Part shown: in pieces, positions 21,824 through 32,024 of the stretch
How the letters are laid out: every line of letters begins with the position of its first letter
Position numbering within the stretch: position 1 is the stretch's first letter
Source of the DNA: Candidatus Latescibacterota bacterium
GTDB taxonomy: Bacteria; Latescibacterota; UBA2968; UBA8231
DNA length: 64,000 bases
Reading direction: 5' to 3'
Assembly (NCBI GenBank): GCA_965197905.1
Contig: CBDAOB010000004.1
Location: forward strand, 928,001-992,000
Program-made: the position numbers and the translations under genes
Notes under the pieces: generated by a model
Databases searched by the model: none
Told to the model about the DNA's origin: nothing
Seen by the model: only the letters and a program-made list of their open reading frames with translations

Positions 21824-22873
21824 ATGGTTCCGCATCTCAGAGAGGCTCTTGACGCTGAAACTGTCTATCGCGTTGACCTGACCAACGGCACGAACATGTC
21901 CGGGTGCGTTGTTCATCAAGACGACCAGCGCATCCGACTCAGGCTGAACGACGGTTTCGCAACCACGATTCCCTGGTCGCGGATTCACGCTCTGTCCGAT
22001 GGGGACGGATCAAACCAACGTGTGATCCAGGCCTTACCGACCGATCCTGGATCCAAAGACTACAAAACACTTGCATTGAAGACGGTAGATGAAGTTACGA
22101 TCCGCAAGAACCCGACGACGCAACTACACCTGCGTGCCGTCGAATGGCCCGATCAGACATTCCTGCTCTGGTTTCCTGAAGTAATCGTGCGCGACGTCTG
22201 GGCGCAATGGGACGCTGAAGTGGCGCGCCAGGACTTCGTCACGACTGAAGACGGCTCACTGGTTTGGATGAGGGACCTGCCCGGGACCGCGATCGTGAAG
22301 GCGACACTGACCCCTCGCGATTATTCCGTAGATCTCGAAATCCGAGTCAAAGCGAAACCGGATCACGAGATTCCTATGGCAGTGCCGCAGAATTGCTTGC
22401 TCTTTTCGGCGGCTCCCGACTTTGCTTGCAACGACTACAGCCGGATCTTGGTCCGCGTCAAAGAACAGTGGAGGTCATTGCTGGATCTGCGAACGGCCCC
22501 GGGCGCACGGGCGGAACAACACCCGGTCAGCGTGATCTATCGCGAGGGGTTTCTCAAGTCCAGTCACGGCAACATCTGGAAGGGCAGATCGGAGGAGGGG
22601 ACGATGCCGGGATGTGTCGATCATCCTCTCATCGCTTGTGTTTCCAAGTCTGGCGACCGAACGGTCGCGACCGCCTCGGAAGAGTATCAGGGGGTCTTCC
22701 ACAACCACCAGCTGCCTTACTTGCTCTGCATTCACAGCTCTCAAACCGGAGTTCGCATTCCCGAAGGAGAAGAGGCCATATTCCGCCAAGTCATCTGGTT
22801 TGTCGATGGCGGCGTCGAAGAAGCGGTCGCCGCATTTGATCGCGATGTTGCCGACAAGGTTCTCAATCCTTAG
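21824..22873 (+). CDS. Hypothetical protein (small N-terminal beta domain + possible mutarotase-like sandwich)
   Basis: Strong RBS GGAGGAG, long ORF; fold guess is inference. Confidence 0.65.
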   Translation: MVPHLREALDAETVYRVDLTNGTNMSGCVVHQDDQRIRLRLNDGFATTIPWSRIHALSDGDGSNQRVIQALPTDPGSKDYKTLALKTVDEVTIRKNPTTQLHLRAVEWPDQTFLLWFPEVIVRDVWAQWDAEVARQDFVTTEDGSLVWMRDLPGTAIVKATLTPRDYSVDLEIRVKAKPDHEIPMAVPQNCLLFSAAPDFACNDYSRILVRVKEQWRSLLDLRTAPGARAEQHPVSVIYREGFLKSSHGNIWKGRSEEGTMPGCVDHPLIACVSKSGDRTVATASEEYQGVFHNHQLPYLLCIHSSQTGVRIPEGEEAIFRQVIWFVDGGVEEAVAAFDRDVADKVLNP

Positions 22874-22934
22874 GACGACCGCACCCTTGGGAGCGATCGC
22901 CATGTTGCTCGTATTCTGAACAGGAGATGGCATT

Positions 22935-23930
22935 GTGAAACTCTTTCTGAACGTCGGCGATGATCCCTCTGCGGAAAGACTGAGATTCGCGCGTCAGATC
23001 GGCGTCGACGGGGTCATGGCAGCGCCCGGCCCTCAGTCACCCGACCTCGGTTACCACGAGCTGCAATTCCTCCAGGATTTGAGGCGGCACATCGAGTCGT
23101 TCGATCTCGAGTTCTACGGCATCCGGCTGCTGCCGTGGACGTGGACCTACAAATGGCAGCTCGGCCTGCCGGGCGGCGACGAGCAGCTTGAGCGCATGGC
23201 GACGACGGTGCGCAACATCGGCGCGGCAGGGATCGACATGCTGGTGTACAACATGCACGCCCTGCGGATCTATCGAACCAGCCCCGACGCTGCCTGGCGC
23301 GGCGGCGCCACGGCCACGGCATTCGACTACGACGACGTCCGCGACCTGCCGTTGATGGCGGGTGGACCTGGAACCGACGCGGATCTCATTCCCGAGAGCC
23401 ACCGCAGGCCGATCGGAGATGAGGAGATGTGGGGCAATCTCGCGTACCTGCTCAAGGCGGTCGTACCCGTGGCCGAGGGAGCGGGGGTGCGTCTCGCCCT
23501 GCACCCGGATGACCCTCCGGTAGCGTCGATCGCCGGCGTGGCTCGGATCATGCGCAGCCCCGAGGCGTTCCGGCGCATCATCGACATGGAGCCCAGCCCG
23601 AGCCACGGCATCGGTCTGTGTCATGGGTGCTTCGGCGAGATGGGGGCGGACGTTCCCGCCGAGATCCGCTACTTCGGCAGTCGGCAGCGCATCTTCTTCG
23701 TCGACTTCCGCAATGTCCGCGGCGTCACCGAGCGCTTCTCGGAGACCTTTCCCGACGACGGCGATGTCGACATGGCCGAGTGCATGAGGGCCTTCAAGGA
23801 GGTCGGCTTCGACGGACCGGTTTCGCCCGACCATACTCTCAAGATCGAAGGCGACAGCGACTGGGGGCATCGCTACTGGGCGTATGCCATCGGTCATACA
23901 CGTGGACTGGCACAGGCGATGGGAATCTGA
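22935..23930 (+). CDS. uxuA: Mannonate dehydratase (UxuA) family
   Basis: LALHPDDPP, VDFRNVRG, FSETFPDDGDVDM, PDH, YAIG. Confidence 0.8.
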   Translation: MKLFLNVGDDPSAERLRFARQIGVDGVMAAPGPQSPDLGYHELQFLQDLRRHIESFDLEFYGIRLLPWTWTYKWQLGLPGGDEQLERMATTVRNIGAAGIDMLVYNMHALRIYRTSPDAAWRGGATATAFDYDDVRDLPLMAGGPGTDADLIPESHRRPIGDEEMWGNLAYLLKAVVPVAEGAGVRLALHPDDPPVASIAGVARIMRSPEAFRRIIDMEPSPSHGIGLCHGCFGEMGADVPAEIRYFGSRQRIFFVDFRNVRGVTERFSETFPDDGDVDMAECMRAFKEVGFDGPVSPDHTLKIEGDSDWGHRYWAYAIGHTRGLAQAMGI

Positions 23931-23992
23931 TGGACGGCGGAGTGTCAGTCCGCTGTTCACCGAAGGGCACGTAGCAGTCAAGGAGGGTCAGC

Positions 23993-24757
23993 ATGCCAGG
24001 AATCCTGGAAGATAAGGTCGCTTTGGTAACAGGCTCAGGGTCTGGAATAGGCCGCGCTGCCGCTCTAGCTTTTGCTAAAGAAGGAGCTAAGGTCGTCGTG
24101 GCGGATGTGAATCCCAATGCCGGCGAGGAGACGGTGGGCAAGATCGACGAAGCGGATGGACATGCCACCTTCATCCACGTCGACGTGTCGAAGGCGACCG
24201 CGGTCGAGGAGATGGTCAACAAGGCCGTCGAGGTCTACGGCAAGCTGGACTGCGCCCACAACAACGCTGGCATTGAGGGTATCACTGTTCCTACCCACGA
24301 ATACCCCGAGGAGGTCTGGGATCGCGTCATAACCATCAATTTGAAAGCGGTGTGGTTATGTATGAAGTACGAGATTCAACAGATGCTCAGGCATGGAGGT
24401 GGAGCCATCGTCAACACCTCGTCTATAGCCGGCCTGGTTGGCACCAGTAGCGGCATATGCGCCTACATTGCTAGCAAACATGGTGTCGTTGGTATCACCA
24501 AGACCGCAGCGCTGGAGTACGCTCAACAAGGCATTCGCGTCAACGCCGTTTGCCCAGGGCTCACGGAAACACCAATGGCTGACCGATTGCTGGACGGCGA
24601 CCCACAGGCTGCCGCGCGGGTTGCCGCCAACTATCCTCTAGCGCGTTTCGGGGCTCCAGAAGAGGTTGCCGAGGCCGTGATATGGCTGTGCTCGGATGCG
24701 TCATCCTTTGTCACTGGACACGCCCTGTCTGTCGATGGAGGTTATGTAGCCCAGTAG
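23993..24757 (+). CDS. SDR oxidoreductase
   Basis: TGSGSGIG, NNAG, YIASKHG, VDGGYVAQ. Confidence 0.92.
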   Translation: MPGILEDKVALVTGSGSGIGRAAALAFAKEGAKVVVADVNPNAGEETVGKIDEADGHATFIHVDVSKATAVEEMVNKAVEVYGKLDCAHNNAGIEGITVPTHEYPEEVWDRVITINLKAVWLCMKYEIQQMLRHGGGAIVNTSSIAGLVGTSSGICAYIASKHGVVGITKTAALEYAQQGIRVNAVCPGLTETPMADRLLDGDPQAAARVAANYPLARFGAPEEVAEAVIWLCSDASSFVTGHALSVDGGYVAQ

Positions 24758-24916
24758 CCGCATCTTTCATCTTTGAAGTCCGCGTCCCTCCTCTCCGCGC
24801 GTCGACAGCACTGTCAAGCGACGAAGCTGCTGTTGACCGCTTCAACAGCGACGTCGTGCCTGGTCGCCGAAACCACTATCGTCACCTGAGCACCCTGAGC
24901 ACAAAGGAGAGTACTG

Positions 24917-26422
24917 ATGTCGAAACAACCCGTACCCCAACCCTTTCTCGATTGGTTTGGGGTGTGGCCCGGTCAGGCTGGACGCGACGACCAAGGTCGC
25001 GCATGGCTCCAGGACCCGCCCCAGGGAATCCGTCTGAAGGTACAACCGGCGCGAAAGTCAGAAGTTTTCTTCAGGCCGACAAAACCTTGGGGACGCAACT
25101 CGATCAGCCACCCGTTTATCATTCTCGAGAATGGTCGCTGCCGCATGTGGTACCGCGAGACGGTGGCGTCAGGCGACGACCTCTTCAATCTGGATCGCTA
25201 TGCCGAAAGCGACGACGGTTTCGACTGGCAGTTTCCGGAATTGGGGTTGTACGAATTCGAGGGTTCGAAGGCGAACAACATCCTCTGTGACGGCGGCTTC
25301 TTCAACATTCACTCCGTTTTCAAGGATCCCACTGCCACACCCGAAGCACGCTACAAAGCGATCGAATCGAGGGGCCAGCTCTTTCGCCGCGGCAAACCAG
25401 TGCAGCTTTCCCAGCAGACCAAGCAGGAGATCCGCGAGGTCCGCAAGACGATGGAGCTGAACGGCTACAAACCAGAGGAGATTGACGCCGAGGCGGAGAT
25501 CCGCCACCAGGTGCGCGGTGCCGTCTCCCCAGACGGCTTGCGCTGGACCGCTCTGGACGAACCTCTGCTGGATACCGGACACACCCAGCTCGACACCCAG
25601 AACATCGCCGCCTTCGACGAGGACACCCGCGAGTATGTCGCTTTCCTGCGCGGCCAGCTGGATCGCCGGCGGTCCGTGCGGCGCACCGGCGGAAAGGAGT
25701 TTGGCAACTGGCATCCGACGCGATTGGTGCTCACCATCGACAGCCACGATGAACCGTTCGAGGACATCTACACCTCCGCCTATTGCCGTTGCCCGGGAAG
25801 CCGTCGCCATCTGATGTTCCCCACCATCTACCATCGCTTGTCATCCACCCTCGATATCCAGCTTGCCAGCAGTCACGACGGCTGGCTTTGGCGTCGCACG
25901 GAGCGGGTTCCGATTGTTACTCGGGAGAGCGGAGACCGGGAGTACGGAGCTATCTACGCCAGCCCCAACCTCGTGCCTCTGGGCGATGGATGGGGCATCC
26001 CCTACATGGGCATCTACCCTCGCCACGACGGCGGCGGCCGCTTTGCCACCTACGAACATCCGGTCTCGGAGTACCGCTGGGCCATGTGGAAGCCGGACCG
26101 ATTGGTGGCGCTGGAGGCAGACAGCGAGGGGCAATTCACCACCGTCGAACGCGTTTGTGGAGGACGGGAGCTGCGCTTGAACTTCCATACGGAGCAGGGT
26201 GGTTGGGTGAAAGTGGGGATCGCCCATCGTCCGGGCACGCCAGCTTCGCCTCTGCGAGAACTAGAAGGATTGGGTCTCGACGATTGCGACGTTTTAGCGG
26301 GCGACGAAGTGTCGAAGGTGGTCAGTTGGAACGGAAGGGCCAACCTCGGAGAGTTGGAGGGACAGCAGCTTTCAGTCAGGGTACGAGTCGCCCGTGCCCG
26401 GATTTTTTCTATAGCGCTCTAG
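24917..26422 (+). CDS. GH-like beta-propeller protein
   Basis: YAESDDGFDW..PELG, SPDGLRW, DTQN, DRLVALEA, C-terminal VRVRVARARIFS. Confidence 0.75.
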   Translation: MSKQPVPQPFLDWFGVWPGQAGRDDQGRAWLQDPPQGIRLKVQPARKSEVFFRPTKPWGRNSISHPFIILENGRCRMWYRETVASGDDLFNLDRYAESDDGFDWQFPELGLYEFEGSKANNILCDGGFFNIHSVFKDPTATPEARYKAIESRGQLFRRGKPVQLSQQTKQEIREVRKTMELNGYKPEEIDAEAEIRHQVRGAVSPDGLRWTALDEPLLDTGHTQLDTQNIAAFDEDTREYVAFLRGQLDRRRSVRRTGGKEFGNWHPTRLVLTIDSHDEPFEDIYTSAYCRCPGSRRHLMFPTIYHRLSSTLDIQLASSHDGWLWRRTERVPIVTRESGDREYGAIYASPNLVPLGDGWGIPYMGIYPRHDGGGRFATYEHPVSEYRWAMWKPDRLVALEADSEGQFTTVERVCGGRELRLNFHTEQGGWVKVGIAHRPGTPASPLRELEGLGLDDCDVLAGDEVSKVVSWNGRANLGELEGQQLSVRVRVARARIFSIAL

Positions 26423-26445
26423 CTCGCCTCTAAAAGCAGCGAGGC

Positions 26446-27630
26446 TCAGTCGAAGGTCACCGCCTCTTCGCTTTCGATCTTCGCGGGGTCGATCTCGTAT
26501 CCGAAGCCGGGGTTGTCACTCACAGTAAGCAAACCGTCTGCGAACTGCGGGCTTTCGTTGAGGAAGAAATAGCTCAGGGCCGCATGTTTGATCAGCATCT
26601 CCACGTACGGCGTGTGGATGGGCGACTGCACCGATGAGAACGCCATGCCGGCCGGCGATACTCCCTGGTGGCAGATGGTGATGACGTCGTAGCTGGTGGC
26701 GAGGGCGGCAATCTTCAGCACCTCCGACAGGCCGCCGGACCAATTGAGGTCGGGCTGGATGATGTCCAATGCCTCGGCGTCCAGGAAACGTTTGAATCCC
26801 CAGCGGGTGTACTCGTGCTCGGCGCCGGCGATCGGGATGTTCGTCTTCTCGCGGATCTTGCGGTAGGAGTCGATCCGATCCGGCATCGCCACCTCCTCCA
26901 GCCAGCGCGGGCGGTACTCGGCGATCTGCTCGGCCAGCCGCGTCACGTAGTTAACATCCATCGACTGCCAGCAGTCGAGCATGATGTCGTCTTCATCGCC
27001 AAGCGCCTCGCGCACCGTTTTCACCATCTGCACGTTGAGCTTGAGTCCCTCAGGACCGGACATGGGTCCGTGCCGAAAGAACCACTTTTGCGCTTTGTAG
27101 CCACGGGACTTCATCTCTTGGGCGCGGTCGCGGACGAGATCAAAGTCGGTGACCGAATATCCGAGCATGCTGGCGTAAGCGGGAATGGTTTTTTGCGTCG
27201 GACCGCCGAGCAGACGATATACCGGCTGTCCTAGCCATTTGCCCTTGAGATCCCACAGGGCGTTATCGATGACCGAGATTCCCATCATCGGCTCACCCTG
27301 GCGACCATGTACCGAGGAGCGAAACATTACGTCCCAGAGATACTCGGTGGCCAAAGGGTCTTTGCCGATGAGCAGTGACGCCAGCTGCGAAACGTGAAAT
27401 GCGACGCCGTTTCCGACGGAGCCGCAGATTCCGGAGACGCCCTCGTCGGTCTCGATCTGCAGGAAGGTCTCGGTAACGAGGAAGTGGCGATCGTCGGTTG
27501 GCTTACCCGGGCCGCGCGAGCGGAAGTCCGGGTAGATATCGAGCGGACGGACGAGTCGCTCCTCGAAGAACGGTCCGTCTACTTCCATCGTGCCGGACAA
27601 CCGGCGAAGACGAAGGTTGGTGATTTTCAT
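26446..27630 (-). CDS. Mandelate racemase/enolase superfamily dehydratase (L-rhamnonate dehydratase-like)
   Basis: IDNALWDLKGK, PAYAS, MLDCW, WLEE, AGAEHE, IIQPD. Confidence 0.9.
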   Translation of the reverse strand: MKITNLRLRRLSGTMEVDGPFFEERLVRPLDIYPDFRSRGPGKPTDDRHFLVTETFLQIETDEGVSGICGSVGNGVAFHVSQLASLLIGKDPLATEYLWDVMFRSSVHGRQGEPMMGISVIDNALWDLKGKWLGQPVYRLLGGPTQKTIPAYASMLGYSVTDFDLVRDRAQEMKSRGYKAQKWFFRHGPMSGPEGLKLNVQMVKTVREALGDEDDIMLDCWQSMDVNYVTRLAEQIAEYRPRWLEEVAMPDRIDSYRKIREKTNIPIAGAEHEYTRWGFKRFLDAEALDIIQPDLNWSGGLSEVLKIAALATSYDVITICHQGVSPAGMAFSSVQSPIHTPYVEMLIKHAALSYFFLNESPQFADGLLTVSDNPGFGYEIDPAKIESEEAVTFD

Positions 27631-29282
27631 CTGGTCGAATTTCTCTTACCGGGTTGGCGCAGAAGATCGTCTCTGAGCCAGGAGACCCAGCTCATGACCT
27701 CCGTCTGCTGCGCCACCAGGCAGACTTCAAGCATGGCCGGACGTCCCGCGTCGAGGGCTCGATTCAGGGCCGGTTCGAATTCTGTCACGTCTTCAATGCG
27801 CTCGGCGTAAGCCCCGAAGGATCTGGCGAATTCGACGAAGTCCGGATTGTGAAGTTCCGTATCGATCGTGCGCCCATCACACTGTTTGAGCTGCGCTCCC
27901 TTGATCGCCGACAGAGCGCCGTCATTGACGACGATCGTGACGACGTCGATGCCATAGCGCATGGCTGTCGCCAGCTCCGGACTGCCCATGAGAAATCCGC
28001 CGTCGCCGCTGAAGCAGATGACCGGCCGATCGCGATGGGCCACCTTGGCGCCGAGCGCCGCGGGAAAGGCGTAGCCGAGGGACACACCGATGCATGGATA
28101 GAGGAACGTCTGCGGATCTGACACGGGATACTCGGCAAACGTCGAGTAGCCGATGCCGTGAACATCGACGGCGAGGATGCCGTCGTCTGGCAGGCACTGG
28201 CGAATCTCCGGCAGCAGGGGCAGGGGCAGTTGCGAGTCAAAAGGCTTTCGCAACCTGGTCAGCGCTGCCGTCCAGGCAGAGGATGATTCCCGCGGGGTCA
28301 CCTGTTGTGTCAGGGCTGCGAGGGATTCTCTGAGATTGCCCGCAACGCCGACATCACACTCGTATTCTCGGCCGATTTCCGACGGCTCCGGGTCGAACTG
28401 AATGAGGGGCCGGGGAAAGTCACGGCTCCAGGAGGCGGAATCGATGGAGGTGAACCGGCAGCCAATCGCCAGCGTGCAGTCCGCCACCTCGACTGCTTGC
28501 TGGGCGAGATAGCCGCGGACGTCCCGCAAAGCGAGTGGATGGCCCTCGTCGATTACACCCTTGCCGCGCCGGGTTACCATGACTGGAGCCGCCAATTTTT
28601 CGGCGAGCTGTCTCAGTTCCGGTCCGGCACCGGCGGCGATGACGGCGTGTCCGGCAAACAGGATGGGCGTTTGGGCTTGCTCCAGGGTCGCCAGGGCCGT
28701 GTCGACGGCCGCCGAATCGGGGGATGCTACGATTTCGGCAGGGGCGAAAGCCGGAATCCTTTCCGTGCACTCCGCCGCCATGACATCCAGGGGAAACTCG
28801 AGCACTGCCGGTCCGGGACGACGGGAGCGCATTGCCCGGAAGGCCTCTTCCACAAGGATGGGGATTTCGGCTGCAGAACTCGCTGCGGCGCAGTATTTCG
28901 TTATCGGATCGAAGAACCGCATCTGATCGAGACCGTGGAACATCTTGGCCTGGTCTCGACCGCTGTGGGCGGTGTCACTCTGTCCGGTTATCAGGAGGAC
29001 GGGGACGCAGTCCGTGTAGGCCTCGAGAATGCCGGTAGAGGCGTTGCTGGCACCTGGGCCAGGCACGGTGAGGGCAACGCCAACATCGCCCGTCGACCTG
29101 GCGAAACCGTCAGCCATGACAGTCGCGGCGTACTCGTGGCGCACGAGATAGTGATCGATGACGCCATCGCCGAAGCGCTCGAGAGCGTCGTATATGCTCA
29201 GATTCTGGGTGCCCGGCATCCCGAAAACGACGCGAACACCCTGGGCCTTGAGGCATTCGATGAGGAGCTGGCCGCCGGTCAC
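27627..29282 (-). CDS. Thiamine-diphosphate-binding enzyme (acetolactate synthase large subunit-like)
   Basis: VFGMPG, RHE, PGPG, GDGGF...VNDG; 4-nt overlap with the downstream gene. Confidence 0.9.
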   Translation of the reverse strand: MTGGQLLIECLKAQGVRVVFGMPGTQNLSIYDALERFGDGVIDHYLVRHEYAATVMADGFARSTGDVGVALTVPGPGASNASTGILEAYTDCVPVLLITGQSDTAHSGRDQAKMFHGLDQMRFFDPITKYCAAASSAAEIPILVEEAFRAMRSRRPGPAVLEFPLDVMAAECTERIPAFAPAEIVASPDSAAVDTALATLEQAQTPILFAGHAVIAAGAGPELRQLAEKLAAPVMVTRRGKGVIDEGHPLALRDVRGYLAQQAVEVADCTLAIGCRFTSIDSASWSRDFPRPLIQFDPEPSEIGREYECDVGVAGNLRESLAALTQQVTPRESSSAWTAALTRLRKPFDSQLPLPLLPEIRQCLPDDGILAVDVHGIGYSTFAEYPVSDPQTFLYPCIGVSLGYAFPAALGAKVAHRDRPVICFSGDGGFLMGSPELATAMRYGIDVVTIVVNDGALSAIKGAQLKQCDGRTIDTELHNPDFVEFARSFGAYAERIEDVTEFEPALNRALDAGRPAMLEVCLVAQQTEVMSWVSWLRDDLLRQPGKRNSTR

Positions 29283-29396
29283 AACTCAACTTCTCTGGGG
29301 CCCCGCGGGAAACCGTAGGGGAGGTCGGTGCGATCGGCGTGCAGCGGCCAACTCTGCCCGCCTAGATTCTGAAACGACTCGTGGTGGCCACAGAGC
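29279..29396 (-). pseudogene. 3' scrap of a PhyH paralog of 129..992
   Basis: LCGHHESFQNLGGQSWPLHADRTDLPYGFP vs LCGRHKSFQNLGGQSWPLPADRTDLPYGFP; its stop overlaps the GTG of the ThDP gene. Confidence 0.85.
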
Positions 29397-29518
29397 TCCC
29401 CATCCTCAATCAGCATCATACCGATCACCTGCGCCCGGGGCGAAGTATTGTTGCCCTGTAGATAGAGGATATCCTGTTGTTTCTGACTGTTTTGCTGCAC
29501 TATATCGGAGATCCCAAG

Positions 29519-29647
29519 ATTATAAGAAGAATAAACACCGTTATCGATAGTCGCGGCGAGGGTCCGTTCCGTGGGGATTTGGGGTCACTCGAAGAATATG
29601 GTGGCAGGCTGAGGGAAACGGACCCGAAGCGCTAGCGGATCTATTTA
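29519..29647 (-). mobile_element. oriIS end, subfamily A (closest to the 12067 copy)
   Basis: Reverse complement nearly identical to 12148-12265; terminus degenerate (CTTATA). Confidence 0.8.
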
Positions 29648-29778
29648 AAGCGGGCGCCGGCCATGGCCACCGGCGGCATGTCTTCCAACCCGAGTTTGAT
29701 AAAGACGGAGTTGCCGCCCCAAAGAAAGGTTGCCACGACGGCAAGCGAGGACGCTTGAGATCGACGCGCTGCCGGCAC
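29647..29778 (-). pseudogene. 5' scrap of an EamA/DMT transporter, cut by the oriIS element
   Basis: LAVVATFLWGGNSVFIKLGLEDMPPVAMAGARF ends exactly at the repeat. Confidence 0.75.
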
Positions 29779-29788
29779 GGTCGGGCGT

Positions 29789-30433
29789 CTACCGAACTAG
29801 GCGCGCGCTCACGATGTAATCTAGATCGGGGTACTCTTCCTGCAGGTAGGCGTTGCCTTGTAACTGGATCCGGCCCTGGTCTGGCAGCTCCTGGTGTTTG
29901 TCATTGATGCCGTCCACCACGTCCATGCCTTCGGTGACCTTGCCAAAGGTGGCGAATCCCATGCGGTCCAGGTGGACATTGTCGTCGAAGTTGATAAAAA
30001 CCTGGGTGGTGCGACTGTGGGGTTGGTTTGATTTGGCAAAGGCGATGGTCCCGGGCGCGTTGCGGGACTTCACCGGATCGTCCTTGATGGTCGCATCGCG
30101 CCACTTCCTGGAGATCTCCGGATCGCCGTGAATTCCGAACTGTACCACGAAGTTTGGGACGACGCGAAAAAACCGCTGCTCGTCGTAGAAACCGTTCATA
30201 ACCAGATTGTAGAACCGATCCACGCCGACGGGAGCGTGGCTGCGAGTGACCGCCAGTCGGAACTCGCCGGCGCTAGTATTGAACTTGACTACGAATTTGT
30301 CTGGAGCCCGTTCGTTCATCTCGTCGCTCTTGGGCATCAGTAGCGCCTCTTTATCGAACCCTCCGTGTTCTTGCTCGCCGCAGCCAGAAAGAAATAGGAA
30401 GGCGCAAACATAAAGCGCGCAGAGTTTCATCAT
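29789..30433 (-). CDS. Cyclophilin-type peptidyl-prolyl isomerase, lipoprotein
   Basis: Lipobox LSGC, FFRVVPNFVVQFG, RTTQVFIN, FGKVTEGMDVVD. Confidence 0.93.
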   Translation of the reverse strand: MMKLCALYVCAFLFLSGCGEQEHGGFDKEALLMPKSDEMNERAPDKFVVKFNTSAGEFRLAVTRSHAPVGVDRFYNLVMNGFYDEQRFFRVVPNFVVQFGIHGDPEISRKWRDATIKDDPVKSRNAPGTIAFAKSNQPHSRTTQVFINFDDNVHLDRMGFATFGKVTEGMDVVDGINDKHQELPDQGRIQLQGNAYLQEEYPDLDYIVSARLVR

Positions 30434-30479
30434 TCGAGGTACCCACTCCTTTTATAGATTGTTTCAGAATCCCCGGACG

Positions 30480-30522
30480 AAGTATAGGATAAATAAACAC
30501 CGTTATCGATGTGCGGCGAGGG
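30480..30522 (-). mobile_element. Minimal oriIS stub, subfamily A
   Basis: Reverse complement CCCTCGCCGCACATCGATAACGGTGTTTATTTATCCTATACTT, about 46 bp upstream of the PPIase start. Confidence 0.8.
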
Positions 30523-30551
30523 ACGCCAAGACGACGGGAAGGACAGCGAGA

Positions 30552-30656
30552 ATGGAAGTCGTAGACCAGCAGTTCGTGTACAGCGACGGCCACAACAATG
30601 CGTGGACGGACCTGGCCCTTTTCCAGGACCGCTGGTACGTGTTCTTCAAGAGGGCA
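30552..30656 (+). pseudogene. 5' scrap of a BNR/sialidase-like gene
   Basis: MEVVDQQFVYSDGHNNAWTDLALFQDRWYVFFKR resembles HNAFTDL..F..RWY..FR starts. Confidence 0.55.
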
Positions 30657-30885
30657 GTGGAGATTCTGTCAGCGGGACTGCCTCCAAGGCAGAACCGGTG
30701 TCACTCTGTGTCCAGCCGTTTGTTGATGCGCTAACTATCAGAACGATGAAGGCTGCCGGAATTCAAAATCCGTCTCCCGAAATAAGGTTGCTCAGCACCG
30801 CTGGCTCCTCCGACTCTTCTTGTTTAATGTGAATATCTGTAACGAGGCGTTCGAAAGGTAGCTCATTCTCCGGGAGATCAAAAAC

Positions 30886-31935
30886 ATGGCCAAACTCACC
30901 GACAAGGAACGAAAGCAGAAAGCCCTGGCCCGCAAGCGCGCCGCCTATCCCGACCAGGTTATCGGCTTCTGGAAGGACGCGATGCGCGACCGCATCGATG
31001 CGACTCGAAAGCTGGCCTCCTTCAAAGTCCGTCGAGGAGATTGTCACAGCCATTCGACCTACAGCGATGGAATCGGAACCGTGCCAGAGATCGCGAGCTG
31101 GGTCGACAGGGCGGGACTGGACTTCTTCTTCTTGACGGACCACCACACCGTTCGGCAGAAGACGGAATGCGTCAAATACAGGAACATGTGGTGGGGTCAG
31201 GAGCCGGGGACACAGTATCACCACCTGGGTATCCTCGGTCTGGACAGGAAGTACACGGTGAAACAAGATCTGGTCAAAGACTACCAGGCGGTCATAGCGC
31301 GCGGTGGTTTTCCTTTCATCCCCCACCCCAACGGCTGGTTTCCGCGCCGGCGCTACACCAAGCAGCAGGTTGACTCGTTGAATCTGCTTGGAGACGACTT
31401 TACGATGGAACTGATCAACGGCGCCAACAACATCTTCGACTGCTTTGATATCACCGACAGGTGGTCGGTCGAGCTTTGGGACCGATTTCTCTGTCAAGGC
31501 AAAGTGGTCCGAGGCATGGGAAACACGGATGCGCACTTGCCGCAAGCCATCGGAGATGTATGGAACGGCGTCTCCGTGGATCGCTTGACCAAAAAGAACG
31601 TGCTGGACGCCTTCTGGGCAGGCCACTTCTTCGCTTCCGACGCGCCGTTCATCAATTTGAGGTGTGGCCGAAGTCAAATGGGCGACACGGTCAGGAAGCG
31701 GAAGGGCAGCAGCGTCGAGGTGCGCTTCGAGTGCGTCGACAGCATGGGACTGCAGCAGGTACGAATCGTCGCCGATGGCAAGGTGGTCAAGGAGATCTGG
31801 CCCAAGGACGAGCAGGTTGTCAAGGGAACACACAGATTGAGATTCAGGAGCGGGACATCCTACATCCGCGTCGAGTGCTTCGCCAGGGATAACCGGAAAG
31901 CCTTCGCGAATCCGATCTACATCCGGGAGGCCTAG
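30886..31935 (+). CDS. PHP-domain metallohydrolase (CehA/McbA-like)
   Basis: GDCHSHSTYSDG, TDHH, PHP, GNTDAH, YIRVE...ANPIY. Confidence 0.85.
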   Translation: MAKLTDKERKQKALARKRAAYPDQVIGFWKDAMRDRIDATRKLASFKVRRGDCHSHSTYSDGIGTVPEIASWVDRAGLDFFFLTDHHTVRQKTECVKYRNMWWGQEPGTQYHHLGILGLDRKYTVKQDLVKDYQAVIARGGFPFIPHPNGWFPRRRYTKQQVDSLNLLGDDFTMELINGANNIFDCFDITDRWSVELWDRFLCQGKVVRGMGNTDAHLPQAIGDVWNGVSVDRLTKKNVLDAFWAGHFFASDAPFINLRCGRSQMGDTVRKRKGSSVEVRFECVDSMGLQQVRIVADGKVVKEIWPKDEQVVKGTHRLRFRSGTSYIRVECFARDNRKAFANPIYIREA

Positions 31936-32024
31936 CCTCCGGGGCGAAACCATGCCAGTTGAGAATTCCAGACGAGGAAACCTGTAACGGCCGACATTCC
32001 GGGGGGCAGGGTCAGACGTCCACC

